DNA of 64,000 nt from Candidatus Lustribacter sp. (lineage in GTDB: Bacteria > Vulcanimicrobiota > Vulcanimicrobiia > Vulcanimicrobiales > Vulcanimicrobiaceae): assembly GCA_965277805.1 (NCBI GenBank), contig OZ255842.1:2592001-2656000 (forward strand). The letters run 5' to 3'. Positions 41,084 to 50,632 of the stretch are shown here, piece by piece. The notes beneath the pieces are model-generated. The model searched no databases, was not told the origin of the DNA, and saw nothing but the letters and a program-made list of their open reading frames with translations. A program made the position numbers and the translations under genes. Every line of letters begins with the position of its first letter. Position 1 is the stretch's first letter.

Positions 41084-42391
41084 ATGCTGACACTCGAAGA
41101 GAACGAACGGCTGACCCGCGTCGGCCCCGGAACCCCGATGGGCGCGCTGATGCGCCGCTATTGGCAACCGATCGCCGCGGCCTCGGAAATGAAGGACCGC
41201 TGGACCAAATCCGTGCGCCTGCTCGGCGAATCGCTCGTCCTCTTCAAAGACCGCAGCGGCCGCTTCGGGTTGATTGAAGAATCATGTCCGCACCGGCGCG
41301 CGTCGTTCCTCTACGGCATCCCGCAAGCGGACGGCATTCGCTGCCCCTATCACGGTTGGAAATTCGACGGCACCGGCAAATGCTTGGAACAGCCGAACGA
41401 GCCCGCCGACAGCACGTTCAAAGACCGCGTGAAGATCGCCGGCTATCCGGTTGAAGAGCGCGGCGGCTTGCTCTGGGCCTACATGGGCCCATTGCCCGCG
41501 CCGAACGTTCCGCCGCTTGCCGGCATCGATTCGCCGCATGCGATCCGGCTGCTCGGCAGCGCCGTGATCCCGTGCAACTGGCTGCAGATCATGGAGAACT
41601 CGGTCGACGCGGTGCACACCGAGTGGCTGCACGGGCATCTGTTCGAGTTCGTGCTCGAGCACAAGAACTTCAAGACCAAGTTCACGCGCAAGCATCTCAA
41701 AACGGCGTTCGATGAATTCCCCTACGGCATCATCAAGCGCCGCGTGATCGAAGGGCACACCGAAGACGGCGACGACTGGAAGATCGGTCACCCGGTCGTC
41801 TTCCCGTCCACGCTGCTCGTCGGCAATGCCGGCGACGAAGCCTGCCACATGCGTTATCAGTTCCGCGTGCCGATGGACGACACGCACACGCTTCACCTGT
41901 GGTATCACGTGATCGCGCCGCCGCCCGATCTGGAAATCCCCGCCGATCTCGCCGACACCGTGCACACCTACGACGTGCCCTATACCGACGAGCGCGGGCA
42001 GTATCTGCTCGACTCGATTCACGCGCAAGACATCATGGCGTGGATCACGCAAGGGCCGATCGCCGATCGCTCGCTCGAAGCGCTCGGCACGACCGACCGC
42101 GGGATCACCACGTACCGCAACATGCTGCGCCGCGAACTCAAGCGCGTCGAAAACGGCGAAGATCCGATGAACGTCTTCCGCGGCGCGGAGCCCGAAACGA
42201 TGGATCTGCCGCTCGAACTCGAGCGCACGCAAGGCGATCTCAGCCCCGAGGGTGCGCGCGGCGAAGGCTTCGCGATCACCAACCTGCGGGCGATGTTCAG
42301 CCGGCACGAGGGGCGCTTCTGCCCGCGCGGCCCCGAAATCGTCGACATGTTCGTGCAGCACCGGGAGCGCCAGCCGGCCGGCGTGGTCTAG
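41084..42391 (+). CDS. Rieske non-heme iron oxygenase alpha subunit (phthalate 4,5-dioxygenase/LigX family)
   Basis: LTRVGPGTPMGALMRRYWQP, CPHRR...CPYHGW, ENSVDAVHTEWLH, QDIMAW. Confidence 0.92.
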   Translation: MLTLEENERLTRVGPGTPMGALMRRYWQPIAAASEMKDRWTKSVRLLGESLVLFKDRSGRFGLIEESCPHRRASFLYGIPQADGIRCPYHGWKFDGTGKCLEQPNEPADSTFKDRVKIAGYPVEERGGLLWAYMGPLPAPNVPPLAGIDSPHAIRLLGSAVIPCNWLQIMENSVDAVHTEWLHGHLFEFVLEHKNFKTKFTRKHLKTAFDEFPYGIIKRRVIEGHTEDGDDWKIGHPVVFPSTLLVGNAGDEACHMRYQFRVPMDDTHTLHLWYHVIAPPPDLEIPADLADTVHTYDVPYTDERGQYLLDSIHAQDIMAWITQGPIADRSLEALGTTDRGITTYRNMLRRELKRVENGEDPMNVFRGAEPETMDLPLELERTQGDLSPEGARGEGFAITNLRAMFSRHEGRFCPRGPEIVDMFVQHRERQPAGVV

Positions 42392-43342
42392 GTGCGGTCG
42401 ATCGATCGCCGGGCAGCGCTCGGTGGGCTCGCCGCGTTCGCGAGTGCGGCCGCACTCGGCGCATCGGCGCGTGCGGAGGGAGCGCCCGTGCGCATCGGCG
42501 TCGGCAATGCCGACACGTTCGCCGAGGGCTACTACGCGACCGACCTAGGCTTCTTCGCCAAGGCCGGTCTCAACATCGATCAGCAGGTCTTCAATTCCGG
42601 CGGTGCGATTCTCGTTGCGGCCGGCGGCAACGCGCTCGACATCGGTCTCTCCAACACCGGCAATCTGGCGACCGCGATCGCGCACGGCGCGCCGTTCACG
42701 CTGATCGCCGGCGCCGGCATGTACACGGCGAGCAATCCCACCACGGTGCTGATGGTGGCGTTGAATTCACCGCTGCAGAAACCGGCCGATCTCGCCGGCA
42801 AGACGATCGCCGTTACGGCGCTCAAAGATCTCACCGAAGTCGGCACGCGCGCGTGGCTCGCGCGCAGCGGCGTCGAGCCGAACAGCGTCAAGTTCGTCGA
42901 GCTGTCGATGAACCAGATGGCCGCGGGTCTCGACCGCGGCACGTTCGATGCCGCGATCATCGGCGAACCGTTCCTCTCCGCCGTGCGCGGCAAGACGCTG
43001 CGCGTCTTCGCCAACGCCTACGACGCGCTCGGCCCGCAGTTCCTAATCGCGAACTGGTTTTCGACCACCGACTACGTGAAGAAAAACCCCGACGTCATCC
43101 GCCGCTTCGTCGCGTCGGTGTACGATACGGCGCGCTGGGCGAACGCCAACCACCCCGCATCGGGCAAGATCCTCGCCAAGTGGACGCAGATGGATCCGGT
43201 CGCCGTCAGCGCGATGGGCCGCTGCCAGTACGCCACCTCGCTCGATGCGAAGCTGCTCGATCCGGTGCTCGCCGCGATGTACAAGTACAACGCGATCGAT
43301 AAGAAACTGAGCGCCGCCGACCTCGTTACAACGCTCGGCTGA
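42392..43342 (+). CDS. SsuA/THI5-like ABC substrate-binding protein
   Basis: Tat signal DRRAALGG, DLGFFAKAGLNI, DLAGKTIAV. Confidence 0.87.
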   Translation: MRSIDRRAALGGLAAFASAAALGASARAEGAPVRIGVGNADTFAEGYYATDLGFFAKAGLNIDQQVFNSGGAILVAAGGNALDIGLSNTGNLATAIAHGAPFTLIAGAGMYTASNPTTVLMVALNSPLQKPADLAGKTIAVTALKDLTEVGTRAWLARSGVEPNSVKFVELSMNQMAAGLDRGTFDAAIIGEPFLSAVRGKTLRVFANAYDALGPQFLIANWFSTTDYVKKNPDVIRRFVASVYDTARWANANHPASGKILAKWTQMDPVAVSAMGRCQYATSLDAKLLDPVLAAMYKYNAIDKKLSAADLVTTLG

Positions 43343-44552
43343 CCAGCGCTCCCAGGCGCGCGACGCCTTCGGCGATCACGTCTTCCGGTGCGAGCGAGTA
43401 GTTCAGCCGGATCGTGTTGCGCACGGCACCGTTGGGTGAGAACGCGCCGCCGGGCACGAACCCGATGCGCTCTTCGAGTAGCGAGCGCTCGAGCAATTCC
43501 GCACCGTCGATGCCCTCGGGCAACGTCACCCAGACGAACATTCCGCCTTCGGGCTTGCTCCACGTCACGCCGGGCGGCATGCTTGCGGCCAGCGCGTTCA
43601 GCATCGCGTCCCGCCGGCGCCGGTAAGGCGGTACGAGCGTGCGCACGTGCTCGTCGAACATCGTGCTCGCGATGCGGTGCACCACCATCTGATTGATCGT
43701 TGCCGAGTGCAGATCGCCGCCTTGCTTCGCCAGCACGATCTTGCCCACGAACTCGCGCGCGGCGCAAATCCAGCCGACGCGCAAACCCGGGCACACGGTT
43801 TTCGAAAACGTCCCGCAGTAGATCACGGGGCTGCGCTCGATGCTGCCGCTGCGTTCGATCGCGAGCGCCGCAATCGCCGGCACCGGCTCGCCGTCGAAGC
43901 GAATCGCTTCATACGCGGCATCTTCCAGCACCGGCACGTTCAACTCGGCGGCGAGATCGAGCAGCGCACGCCGGTTCGCCAGGCTCAGCGTTTCACCCGA
44001 TGGGTTGGCAAAGTCCGACACGACGTAGCCGAACGCGACGCGTCCGCCGTTCTCCGCGGCCTTGCGCCGGTACTCGGCGGCCGTGTTGCTAAACAGCACG
44101 TCGTAGTGCGGTTCGTATGCGTTGAAGGCTTGCAGCGCGCCGAGATACGTCGGTTCTTGCACCAGTACCGTATCGTGCGGGTGGATGAACAATTTCGCGA
44201 TGAAGTCGAGGCCCTGTTGCGAGCCCGACGTAATGACGATGTTGTCGAGCTCGCACGGAACGCCGCGGCGGCCCATGTAATCGACGATCCAGCGGCGCAG
44301 CGGCCCGTAGCCCTCGCTGACGGAATACTGCAGCGACGACGTGCCCAGCACCGGATCGGCGAGAATCTCGCTGTACGCGCGCCGGATCGCGTCCATCGGG
44401 AAGAGCGCCGGATCGGGGATGCCGCCGGCAAACGACACCACGTCGGGGCGTTCGAGCAGCTTGAGCAGCTCGCGAATTTCGGAGGCGTGCATGCGCGACA
44501 CGCGGCCGGCAAACCAGTCGCTCCAGTCGACGGCCGCTTCGGGTGCTAACAT
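43326..44552 (-). CDS. PLP-dependent aminotransferase class I/II (LysN/Aro8-like)
   Basis: SFAGGIPDP, EPTYLGA, EDAAY, GTFSKTVCPGLRVGW. Confidence 0.92.
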   Translation of the reverse strand: MLAPEAAVDWSDWFAGRVSRMHASEIRELLKLLERPDVVSFAGGIPDPALFPMDAIRRAYSEILADPVLGTSSLQYSVSEGYGPLRRWIVDYMGRRGVPCELDNIVITSGSQQGLDFIAKLFIHPHDTVLVQEPTYLGALQAFNAYEPHYDVLFSNTAAEYRRKAAENGGRVAFGYVVSDFANPSGETLSLANRRALLDLAAELNVPVLEDAAYEAIRFDGEPVPAIAALAIERSGSIERSPVIYCGTFSKTVCPGLRVGWICAAREFVGKIVLAKQGGDLHSATINQMVVHRIASTMFDEHVRTLVPPYRRRRDAMLNALAASMPPGVTWSKPEGGMFVWVTLPEGIDGAELLERSLLEERIGFVPGGAFSPNGAVRNTIRLNYSLAPEDVIAEGVARLGALVSRAL

Positions 44553-44564
44553 CGGCGACCCGGC

Positions 44565-45446
44565 CTAAAGGCTAACGAGCGGATCGGGTGCGCGGAACTC
44601 GACGATATCGGGCTTGGAACCCCACGCGCAGAACGCCTCGGCCGTGAACGGCAATTGACGCGGAATGAAGCTCGACTCGTCTTCGATGATCCGCACGCCG
44701 CACGAGTACTCATAGACCATCTTGTCGAGGCCTTCGAAGTACAAGAACACCGCACCCGACGAGACGTGACGGCCCGGACCGAACACGATCCGGATGCCGC
44801 GCTGTTCGCGCAGCAGATACCACGAGCGCATCACGTCGTCGATCGATTCGACCTGATGGTTGATGTGCTGCACGCCCACGTGCGAACTCGGAAAGAGCGC
44901 GATCGTGTGGTGGACTTCGTTGATGCGCAAGAGCGGCGCGTCGCCGATCCAGTCGCTGGGGCGCGCGTTGAACACGCGCGTCCAGAACTTCTCGTCGCGC
45001 GGAGCGTCGTTCGTATGCAAGCCGATATGGCTGAAGCCCGTGATCCCGGCATCGCGCGACGGAAAATAGCGTCGCGTCGCGGCTTGGGCGCGCCACACGA
45101 TCTCGATCTGGTTTCCCGTCGGATCCTTGAACGCGATGAAATCGAGGACGCGCCGCGCTTCACGTTCGGACGCCGTGCCGGCATGCACGGGATAGCCGGC
45201 GCGTTCGATCTCCGCGGCCATCGCTTGCAAGTCGGCGCTCTCCGAGACTTCAAAGGCGATCGCATGCTGCGCCGGGTCGCCTTCGACGTAGCAGATCGTG
45301 TGGTCGCGATCGTCGCTGCGGAAGTACGCCATGCCGCGCTCGCGGCCGGCCGCCTCGAGACCTAGCACCTTCGTTGCAAAGTTGGCGGCTTCGCCCAGAT
45401 CGGGCGTGCCGATGCGCACGTAGCGAATGCGCCGCAGATCGATCAT
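44565..45446 (-). CDS. VOC-family extradiol dioxygenase (CmtC/2,3-dihydroxybenzoate 3,4-dioxygenase-like)
   Basis: IRYVRIGT, FSHIGL, HHTIALFP, QHINHQV, FGPGRH, FLYF...VYEYS. Confidence 0.87.
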   Translation of the reverse strand: MIDLRRIRYVRIGTPDLGEAANFATKVLGLEAAGRERGMAYFRSDDRDHTICYVEGDPAQHAIAFEVSESADLQAMAAEIERAGYPVHAGTASEREARRVLDFIAFKDPTGNQIEIVWRAQAATRRYFPSRDAGITGFSHIGLHTNDAPRDEKFWTRVFNARPSDWIGDAPLLRINEVHHTIALFPSSHVGVQHINHQVESIDDVMRSWYLLREQRGIRIVFGPGRHVSSGAVFLYFEGLDKMVYEYSCGVRIIEDESSFIPRQLPFTAEAFCAWGSKPDIVEFRAPDPLVSL

Positions 45447-46498
45447 GCCGCGTGACCGGTGTCGGCGTACTCTTTCTGAATGTCCAGAAATTGATTCCAA
45501 CTGGCATTGAGTGCGTCGACGACCATCGGGTCGAAGTGTGAACCGGACGATTTCTGAATCACGCGCAGCGCTTCGTCGGTCGTCCACGCGCGCTTGTACG
45601 GACGCTTCGAGATCAGCGCATCAAACACGTCGCCGACGGCGGCGATGCGCGCGGCCAACGGAATCTGCGTGCCGCGCAGATGATCGGGATAACCCGTGCC
45701 GTCCCAGCGTTCGTGATGGCGCAACGCGATCTGCGAGGCCAGCTGCAGTACCTTCGACGAGCTGCCGACGAGGATGTCGTACCCGGCGCGCGCGTGGCGC
45801 TTCATGATTTCCCACTCATCGGGATTGAGCGGGCCTTCTTTGAGCAAGATGCCGTCGGGCGTCGCGACCTTGCCGATGTCGTGCATCGGCGTGGCCAAGC
45901 GCAGCAGACGCTGGTCTTCGGAGTCGAGTTCGAGCGTTCGGCCCAGCACCTCGGCGTATTTCCCCATGCGCACGATGTGCAAACCGGTTTCGCTGTCGCG
46001 GAATTCCGCCGCGCGCGTGAGCCGGTTGATCGTCTCTTCTTCGCGGTCGGCGATCTCTTGCGTTGCCCGAGCAACGTCGGCTGCCAACGACGCCGCATAG
46101 CTCTCGAGCTTCTTGCGGCTCTCGCGCAACGCGAGCAAGTTTTTTACGCGCGAGAGAAACTCGACCGGATCGGCCGGTTTGTTCAGAAAATCGCTGGCGC
46201 CGAATTCGAGCGCGCGATGGCGGATCTCGCGATCTTTTTCGCCGGTGATCATCACGAGCGGCGTTTGCGAATCGCCGTGCGCCTTGTTGTAGGCCTTGAC
46301 GAAGTCGAGCCCATCCATGCCTTCGACTTGCCCCATGCGGTAGTCGAGGATGACGAGATCGTGTTCTTGTTTACCGCACCAAACCAGCGCCGCATCCGGA
46401 GACGTGAACGGCTTCACCTTCACGTCTGCAATGCGTGAAAGAATGTGAGCGTAGGCTTTCTGGTTGGTTTCGCTGGTGTCGATGATCGCGACTACCAT
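45443..46498 (-). CDS. Response regulator with HD-GYP c-di-GMP phosphodiesterase domain (RpfG-like)
   Basis: REC (VILDY, LNKP) plus MHDIGK, HHERWDGTGYP. Confidence 0.93.
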   Translation of the reverse strand: MVVAIIDTSETNQKAYAHILSRIADVKVKPFTSPDAALVWCGKQEHDLVILDYRMGQVEGMDGLDFVKAYNKAHGDSQTPLVMITGEKDREIRHRALEFGASDFLNKPADPVEFLSRVKNLLALRESRKKLESYAASLAADVARATQEIADREEETINRLTRAAEFRDSETGLHIVRMGKYAEVLGRTLELDSEDQRLLRLATPMHDIGKVATPDGILLKEGPLNPDEWEIMKRHARAGYDILVGSSSKVLQLASQIALRHHERWDGTGYPDHLRGTQIPLAARIAAVGDVFDALISKRPYKRAWTTDEALRVIQKSSGSHFDPMVVDALNASWNQFLDIQKEYADTGHAA

Positions 46499-46747
46499 CT
46501 CGACTCCGATGCGAATCCGTGGGCGATATACGTAATTGTCCGACGCGACTCTCTGAGCGATGAGTGTTCTACCGGGGGAACAGTATTCCGCAATGGACAC
46601 GCCGACTCTTGGTAACTAGTTCCAAGAGGTGTTTCTGGGGTAAAACAGTACCTGAGCGAGACCATGTTTCATTAACGTCCCCCTGTTCTATTGACGGCCT
46701 GCGCCAACGCGCCTCTCCCCTCGCCGCATAACATTGGGAACGTTCAC

Positions 46748-47971
46748 ATGGTCCGATCCGCTCCACGTCCACAGAGCGTCTTTCGCTCGTCGGAATTCTG
46801 CCGCTACTATGCCGGCCAGGCACTCAGTTACCTGGGCGACGGGCTCCGCACGCTCGTCATCCCACTGCTGGTTTTTCACCTAACCGGGTCGGCGGTCTCG
46901 CTCGGGCTCACCTTCGCCTTCGAGCTGCTCCCGTTTGCGGTGTTCAGCCTGCTCGGCGGCTCCCTCGCCGACCGCCTCGACCGCCGGAAGCTCATGCTCG
47001 GCGCCGACGCGGTGCGCTTCCTGATCATGACCGGCTTCACGCTGGCCCTGTGGCGCGGCGTCCTGAGCCTGCCCCTGCTTTACACGGGCGTGGTACTGCT
47101 CTCGGTCTGCGCGGCCATCTTCCTCGGCTCGCAGGCCTCGAGCATCCCGTTTCTGCTCGGGAAGGACCGGGCCAAGGCCGCCGTCGCTACCCTGGTGGCA
47201 ACCGAACAGGGCGTGAACCTGATCGCGCCGCCGCTCGGGGGCGCGATCTTCGGCCTCGTGGGCGCCGTGCCGGCCCTGGCGCTCAATGCCGTCACCTACC
47301 TGACCTCGCAGCTCTCGATCGCCTCGGTGGCCTCGTTCGGGCCCGAACGCCCGGGCGGTTTCCCGCCGGTATCGGTGATCGTGCGCGACGTCCAGGCCGG
47401 CTTCCGGTTCGTCATGGGCGACCGGACGATGCGTACGCTGACGTACTCCTCGACGTGCATGAATGCCGTCGCGATCTTTGGCTTCGTCGCCATGATCCCG
47501 TTCCTCAAGCACGAGTTCGGGGCCGGCGATCAGACGGTGGGCATCGCCTTCGGCTGTTTCTCGCTGGGCTCCGTGGCCGGGTCGATGATTTCCGGCCGCA
47601 CGCACTGGCCCTTCGGCCGCGCCCTGGTCATCGTCTACATCATCGACGCGGTGTGCTGGCTCCCGATCGCGTGGACGCATTCGCTGCCGCTGGCCGTCGG
47701 CGCGGTGACGCTGTGCGCGGGGTGCGGCGCCTACGAGATGACCGCGATCGTCGGCTGGCGCATGCGCGTCATCCCCGAGGACATGATCGGGCGCGTGTTC
47801 GGTGTGATCCGCCTGCTGGTGCTGCTGGGCATGGTCCCCGGCTCGATCCTGGGCGGCATCGCCGCCGACCATTTGGGGACGCGCGCGGTCATGGCCATTT
47901 CGGGCTTTGCGTTTCTGCTGCTGGCGCTCAATTTGCTCGGTTCGCGCGCGGTACTATCGGAGCGGCGCTAA
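46748..47971 (+). CDS. MFS transporter
   Basis: GSLADRLDRRKLM motif A, about 12 hydrophobic segments. Confidence 0.9.
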   Translation: MVRSAPRPQSVFRSSEFCRYYAGQALSYLGDGLRTLVIPLLVFHLTGSAVSLGLTFAFELLPFAVFSLLGGSLADRLDRRKLMLGADAVRFLIMTGFTLALWRGVLSLPLLYTGVVLLSVCAAIFLGSQASSIPFLLGKDRAKAAVATLVATEQGVNLIAPPLGGAIFGLVGAVPALALNAVTYLTSQLSIASVASFGPERPGGFPPVSVIVRDVQAGFRFVMGDRTMRTLTYSSTCMNAVAIFGFVAMIPFLKHEFGAGDQTVGIAFGCFSLGSVAGSMISGRTHWPFGRALVIVYIIDAVCWLPIAWTHSLPLAVGAVTLCAGCGAYEMTAIVGWRMRVIPEDMIGRVFGVIRLLVLLGMVPGSILGGIAADHLGTRAVMAISGFAFLLLALNLLGSRAVLSERR

Positions 47972-47991
47972 ACGGGGTATTCTGATGACGC

Positions 47992-48660
47992 ATGATCGTC
48001 TCGATCTCGCGTGAACTCGGTGCCGGCGGCGGAACGCTGGGGGAAGCCCTCTCCCAAGCGTTGAGTGCCGCGCTCCTCGATGAGCGCTGGTTCCTCGCGC
48101 AGTTGACCCAGCGCTATCAGTTCTCCAGCGACTATTTGGAGCGGCGCCTCGAGCAGCCGCCGAAATTCGGCGAGAGCCTCATCGCCACGCTGGCTCGCGC
48201 CACCGCGATGGTCCCCGGCGCCACCACCTTGCAGATGCCCGACGAACAGATCATCGACGCGGTTCGGGCGCTCGTACTCGAGTCGGCCCAAGCGGGGCAC
48301 GTCGTCGTGATCGGCCATGGCGGCGTCAGCATGCTGGGCTGGCGCCCGACGAACATCCCGGTGCTCTCGATTCTGCTGCAGGCCGGCAAGGACTGGCGCA
48401 TCGACCAGCTCGCGCGGCGTTACAACATCCACCGCGATGAGGCCGCGCGGCGCGTGAAGTCGACCGACGAAGCCCGCGCGCGCTATCAGCAGCACTACTT
48501 CAACGCGCATATCTACGATTGCGCGCTCTACGACCTCGTCATCAACACCGAGGTGCTGGGTCTGGAGAACGCGATCACGCTCGCGACGACAGCCGTACGC
48601 GCGCTGTTGCCGGATTACGCGGCGGTGACGTCCGCCGAAAGCGCGGCGAAATCGACGTAA
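47992..48660 (+). CDS. Cytidylate kinase-like family protein
   Basis: SISRELGAGG, VVVIGHGG, YDLVINT. Confidence 0.85.
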   Translation: MIVSISRELGAGGGTLGEALSQALSAALLDERWFLAQLTQRYQFSSDYLERRLEQPPKFGESLIATLARATAMVPGATTLQMPDEQIIDAVRALVLESAQAGHVVVIGHGGVSMLGWRPTNIPVLSILLQAGKDWRIDQLARRYNIHRDEAARRVKSTDEARARYQQHYFNAHIYDCALYDLVINTEVLGLENAITLATTAVRALLPDYAAVTSAESAAKST

Positions 48661-49319
48661 GACGGATGCGTCGTCGTCGCTCCCGGCGGCGTGTCAGCGG
48701 GCCGCAGCAAACGCGCGGTTTGTAAGCCCGCCGCGCGCGCCGCATCGAGTTCTTCCTCGGTGTCGGAGAGAAACAGCATCTCGCCCGGATGGAAACCCGT
48801 GTCGGCGAGAATTTCTTCGTAGGATGCGGCTTCGCGCTTGGGGCCCGTCGTCGTATCGAAGTGATCGGTGAAGAGCGGCGTAAGGTCGCCGGCAAATGTG
48901 TGCGCGAAGAGCACCTTCTGCGCGACGATCGAACCCGAGGAATACACGTAGAGTTCGATGCCCGCTTCGTTCCAGGCGCGCAGCACCGGTGGAACGTCGG
49001 GATAGACGTGACCGAGTAAATCGCCGTTCTCATACCCCACGTGCCAGATGAGACCTTGCAGCGTTTTGAGCGGCGTCGACTTGCGGTCTTCGCGAAGCCA
49101 GGCGTGCAGGTGCGCGAGGATCGCGGCATCATCGATGTTGCCTTCGCCGATCTCGACCGTCGCTTCGCTCAGCGCTTCGACGACGACCGGATCGTCGCGA
49201 TGCGCGGCAACGTATGCATCGAGCCGTTCGTCGGCGTACGGGAAGAGCACGTCTTTGACGAAGCTGATCGCCGAGGTCGTGCCCTCGATGTCGGTGAGGA
49301 TGGCGCTGGTGACGATCAC
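48615..49319 (-). CDS. mtnC: Enolase-phosphatase E1 (acireductone synthase)
   Basis: LTDIEGTT, FVKDVLFPYA, LKTLQGLIW, YSSGS, FLSD. Confidence 0.95.
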   Translation of the reverse strand: MIVTSAILTDIEGTTSAISFVKDVLFPYADERLDAYVAAHRDDPVVVEALSEATVEIGEGNIDDAAILAHLHAWLREDRKSTPLKTLQGLIWHVGYENGDLLGHVYPDVPPVLRAWNEAGIELYVYSSGSIVAQKVLFAHTFAGDLTPLFTDHFDTTTGPKREAASYEEILADTGFHPGEMLFLSDTEEELDAARAAGLQTARLLRPADTPPGATTTHPSYVDFAALSADVTAA

Positions 49320-49879
49320 TCGTACTTGGGAAATTGCGCGGCGATCGCGGTGCCGCTATATTGCGGCACCCAGCCCTCTTGATTGTTGAACCAGCGAACC
49401 GCGGTGAACTCGGGATCGGGCCCCATGTCGAACCAGTGCGGCGTGCCGGCCGGCACGCTGATCAAGTCGCCGCGCACGCAGATCGCCTGATACACCTTGC
49501 CGCTCAGGTGCAGATAGAACGCGCCGGATCCCTCGACGAAGAACCGCACTTCGTCTTCAGTGTGAATGTGTTCTTCGAGAAACTTGGCGCGCATCGGTGC
49601 CGTGTTGGGAGTCCCTTTCGCGAGGCGAAGCACGTCGACGGTGCCGTAGCCGCCGTCGGATTGCACGCGCTTCACCGAGGTCGCGTAGGCGGCCAGCACG
49701 GCGGCGGAATCGGCGTCGGGCGCGAGTTCCGCTTCCGCGGTCCAGCGTTCGAAGCGAACGCCGACTTCGCCCAGCAGGCGCGCGATCTCCGCACCGTCGG
49801 TCGTCGCGACCAGCGGCGTCGCCGGCGCGTTATCATCGTACACGTTGAGTTTCGAGCGTAGCAGTGTGGCAGTCGTCAT
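49316..49879 (-). CDS. mtnD: Acireductone dioxygenase
   Basis: FLEEHIHTEDEVRFFVEGSG, PAGTPHWFDMG. Confidence 0.95.
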   Translation of the reverse strand: MTTATLLRSKLNVYDDNAPATPLVATTDGAEIARLLGEVGVRFERWTAEAELAPDADSAAVLAAYATSVKRVQSDGGYGTVDVLRLAKGTPNTAPMRAKFLEEHIHTEDEVRFFVEGSGAFYLHLSGKVYQAICVRGDLISVPAGTPHWFDMGPDPEFTAVRWFNNQEGWVPQYSGTAIAAQFPKYE

Positions 49880-50487
49880 CGTTGCAGTTTCCGTTCTTCT
49901 AGCGCGCACGTCAGCAAGAATTCCAAACATTCGAGATGCCGGCGCGCATCGCCCATCGTCGCGCCCCAGGCGTAGAGGCCGTGTCCGGCGAGCAAGTACC
50001 CCGGCACGGCGGCATTCCCGGCCAGGCGACTTTCGATGGTCGCCGCCAGCGCGTCCGTGTCCTGGGCGTTGGCGAACACCGGCACGTCGACGACGCTCTC
50101 GTGCGTCGTGATTCCGCTCAGCGCCTTCTGCATCTCATAGCCGCTCAAGCGCACGTAGCCGAGCGCCAGATCGGCGCGTGAAAGCACGGTCGCGGCGATC
50201 GTGTGCACGTGCACGATTGCGCCGACGTCAGCCGCGGCCCGGTAGCGCGCGAGGTGCAGCGGCGTCTCCGCCGACATGCCGGGCGGAATCGGGCCGGCGA
50301 GCGGCACCACCGCGACGTCGCCGGCACCGATGGCACCCTTGTCGATTCCCGAGCGCGTGAGCAGCGCGTGTCCGGCGTCGAGGCGGCACGAGAAGTTGCC
50401 CGAGGTCGCGGCGACCCAGCCGCGCGCGGATGCAAACCGGCCGATCGCGGCGATTGCTTCGACGGCGTGCGGATCGGCGGCCGGCAT
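49876..50487 (-). CDS. mtnB: Methylthioribulose-1-phosphate dehydratase
   Basis: ATSGNFS, SAETPLH, HVHT, GHGLYAWG. Confidence 0.93.
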   Translation of the reverse strand: MPAADPHAVEAIAAIGRFASARGWVAATSGNFSCRLDAGHALLTRSGIDKGAIGAGDVAVVPLAGPIPPGMSAETPLHLARYRAAADVGAIVHVHTIAATVLSRADLALGYVRLSGYEMQKALSGITTHESVVDVPVFANAQDTDALAATIESRLAGNAAVPGYLLAGHGLYAWGATMGDARRHLECLEFLLTCALEERKLQR

Positions 50488-50632
50488 GGCCAGCGTACCG
50501 GGTTGCGAGGTCACGTCGCTGGAACCCCCCGCAAGCGAGGCCGGTTGCGTCCCGCACTTTGTCCAACGTGCCCGGCCCACGGCGTCCGGTTTGGCAGACG
50601 AGCTTTGCGAGCCGATCCACAATGAACGAACC

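Noticed and set aside
46500-46747. c-di-GMP riboswitch upstream of the HD-GYP gene
   Set aside because: No GEMM-type consensus was recognised by eye
50590-50610. TTGGCAGACGAGCTTTGC as a sigma-54 promoter
   Set aside because: GG-to-GC spacing is 12 nt rather than 10
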